DNA from: the human T2T-CHM13v2.0 reference genome, Homo sapiens
DNA length: 64,000 nucleotides
Assembly: GCF_009914755.1 (NCBI RefSeq)
Contig: NC_060925.1
Direction: 5' to 3' (one strand)
The notes under the pieces were generated by a model, which was not told the origin of the DNA, did no database searches, and saw only the letters and a program-made list of their open reading frames with translations. Positions 58,141-64,000 of the stretch are shown here, piece after piece; within the stretch, counting starts at the first letter, position 1, and each line of letters begins with the position of its first letter. Made by a program: the position numbers and the translations under genes.

Positions 58141-58481
58141 CTGTTTCACACTGAAAACAGCTTTCTTGTTTTTTTTTTCTGATTATGTAAATACTATAAG
58201 GTCAATATAAAAATGAAAAGAATCATAAAAATAAGAGGGAGAAAGAAATGATCACCTGAAATCCCACCGCCCTGAGATACCCTCATTCTTCCACTTTTTG
58301 GTGATTATCCTTTCATGCACTTTTTATGTTGATCAGTCATATGAGAAAAGGGTCTGAACTTTGATCTTCATTGGGATTCAGATATCAGAGAGTGGCGCTG
58401 AAGGAGGAACAATTTTAATTAGGGACAAAGAAGGCCTAGAAAGAGGGTATGTATAATCGTAAACAAGTGTCATAATCTAAT

Positions 58482-58767
58482 TGCTGTGGTTTGAATGTGT
58501 CCCCCAGATTTCATGTGTTGGAAACTTCATCCCCAATGTGGCCGTACTGAGAGGTTTGGGCCTTAAGGGATGAATGGATCGTGAGGGCAGAGCCATTATT
58601 CATGGATGAATGGATGAATGGGTTAGTGGATTAAAGTGTTATCATGGAAGGGGAACTGGTGGCTTTATAAGAAGAGGAAAAGGGGCCTGAGCTAGCATCT
58701 TAGCATGCTAAGCTCCCTTGCGATGTGATATCCTGTGCCACCTTAGGACTGTGCAGTCTCCACAAGC
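58482..58767 (+). mobile_element. MST/MLT1A-type LTR 5' part
   Basis: tgctgtggtttgaatgtgtcccccagatttcatgtgttggaaactt. Confidence 0.8.
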
Positions 58768-59069
58768 TATATCTTCAAAGTCATACAATGACTATAAAAG
58801 CACCAGCCATACATCCTTTTCAGGTAAGAAATGGGGAAGACCAGGGGCCAGAAAGAGCTTCACCTAAACTTCATCCAAATACTCCATCCAAAACTTCCAC
58901 TTAAATTTCATTGGCCATTCCTATCTGCAAGAAGAGACACGTTTGAGCACATTGCTACCCCTAATGATGGAGGTTCTCTTAGTAAGGAAGAAAGAAATAA
59001 TAGATTTAGGTAGGCAGCTAGCAGGCTGTACCTAAACACACACACAAACGGTTTTAGGGTTTTTGTTTT

Positions 59070-60050
<981 letters not shown>

Positions 60051-60552
60051 CATCAATTAATACAGTATAATTAGCATTCTAGCATACTACATAAAAACTT
60101 CATTGGCTGTTCTTTGCCTACAGAATAAAGTCCAGGTTTTTTAACAAAATGAAGTATGTTGTCTGGGCAGGAGATGGTGTTCAGATGCCTTTGATAGGGA
60201 CAGTTAGGCAACTCCTTTCTCCCCATGTGTCCATTTACATACATCGATTTACACAGAGATTAAACAGTATGGTCTATGAGGAAAAGGTCTGAACCTTGTT
60301 TTGGTTGGACTTCAGTCATCTGATGGACTGGGGTGGCCCTGAGGGAGGCATGATTAAAGTGGTGGTGGTGTGGGGGGTGCTGAAAAGTAGGCCATCACAG
60401 AGCAGAAGGGATCTGGCCCCTTGGATCCAACCCAGCGTTTGAGCCAGAATGTCCAAGAGCAGTGTCATTCTGGGTTCGCTGTGGAAGCCAATACTGGAAC
60501 TTGTCTCACCTAGATGCTTTGGCAGCCTGTGTGGGTCCTGAGAGAAAATGGG

Positions 60553-61366
<814 letters not shown>

Positions 61367-62232
61367 GGGGCTTGTGTGGAGGTTTAAAGAGCTGTTACTT
61401 TGGAGCCAAGCAGGCTTGCCATGGAACCCTTAATTGACCTGTAGCCAATCAGAGCATTTTCCTTCACACTTGACTAGAGCAGTGGCAATAAAGTCTGGTC
61501 TTCAGATGCAGGAGCGATGCTCCAGTTTCAACATTATGAACCTAATTGTCTAGGTATTCATGCCAATAACAGGAAAAATGTTCCAACCTTGTGTTGGTAC
61601 CCTGTTAAATCATTAAGACTTGGAACTGCAGAATTGCAGCCTGGCTAGACATGGTAGCAAGTGGTAATCTAGGTGGGTTCATGAAAACATAAAAGTACTC
61701 CACAAAGAGTCCCCTAAGTATTTGGTAGAAAAGACTCTGAAAATAACTTTGATTTCCTGCATGGATCTTGACTTCTTTTAGTTAAGCCAGTGAGACTCAA
61801 GAGTTTGTGAGAGCTGGGTATTGACGCTAATGGGATCACCACTATACACACTGATGAAGGCCAAAACCAGCAGCTTCCATTCTCACTGTGAACATAATGG
61901 ACCTTGCTCACCTCTCCAGCCTTATCTCCTGCAATTTTCTCTGTTCTGAATATGTTGAGCCAGTAATAAATTCCTCCAGCCAGTAATACATTTTTTGTCT
62001 ACTGTAACTTTGCGTATGCTATTCTGTCTTCCCGAAACACTCAATCTCTCAGCTGCATTATTTATTGGCTAACTCTTTTGAGTCACTGCCTAATTCAGGA
62101 AGTCCTCCTTGATTCCTCCAGTTGGGGCTTCAGGTCTCTCCTAAAGTTCCCATCACATTCTTTGTGCCCCCAAATGCCACCCCTTCTATCAGACTGTGCA
62201 CTAGTTTCCTCAGCACTGAGTGCAGTGTTTGA

Positions 62233-62570
<338 letters not shown>

Positions 62571-62587
62571 TCAATCATGTTTAATAA

Positions 62588-63002
<415 letters not shown>

Positions 63003-63539
63003 AGTGTTTGCATGTGCTCAACACTGTGCTCGTGTTTTCTAAGAGAAATAAATAACATATTCCCTGACCTCAAGTAACTGATAATCCAGCTAGGGATGCA
63101 GGGTTTTTTGGGTTGTTGTTTGTTGTTTCCTCCTAACAAACTACTGCATAATTATACAGATATAAAATGAAACATTCAGTGTACATAATATACCTGTAAG
63201 GACGATGAGAGTTGAGAGATGGGGACATAATAGAGCCATATGCATCCACGAAAGAGAGAATATTCTGTTAGTGGATATTTCTATAGAGTTCAAAAATAAC
63301 CGCCAAACATATCAAATATTGAATATGTGAAACCCTCTGTGCCAGTCACAGAAACCTTAAACTAAAAAGAGGGGAAATTGCTGGCTTTAAGGGCTTATGA
63401 TTTAGTCAGGACCACTTCAGATTCTGTTTGGAAGTAGACAGGGCATACACACTTAACAAACAGGTAACAAAGAACGAGTACCACAGCTGGAGTGACAGGG
63501 CAGGGTGGCCACATAAAAACAAAGCAAATCAGTTTCACT

Positions 63540-64000
<461 letters not shown>

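Overview
Primate (human-like) genomic DNA that is non-coding and dominated by repeats. I see no CpG island, spliced coding exon, RNA gene or CRISPR array. I counted about 56 Alu elements (roughly one per 1.1 kb), many nested, plus L1, L2 and MIR fragments, MaLR/ERVL/ERV1 LTRs and hAT/Tigger DNA transposons. The supplied ORFs are mostly Alu read-throughs, L1 ORF2 debris or chance ORFs. Five observations stand out. (1) A single C2H2 zinc-finger coding unit is inserted between 9-bp direct repeats and split by an Alu (62597-63011). (2) A decayed ERVL provirus (RNase H, integrase, dUTPase, 3' LTR16-like) can be reassembled across two L1 insertions (19910-27560). (3) An MLT2A LTR is nested inside an old Alu and itself carries an AluY. 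(4) There are apparent templated-insertion repair scars at 11347-11374 and 60588-60722. (5) There is a good CTCF motif at 47071. I do not see convincing evidence of a new biological system. Family names come from recalled consensus sequences, and repeat boundaries are approximate.
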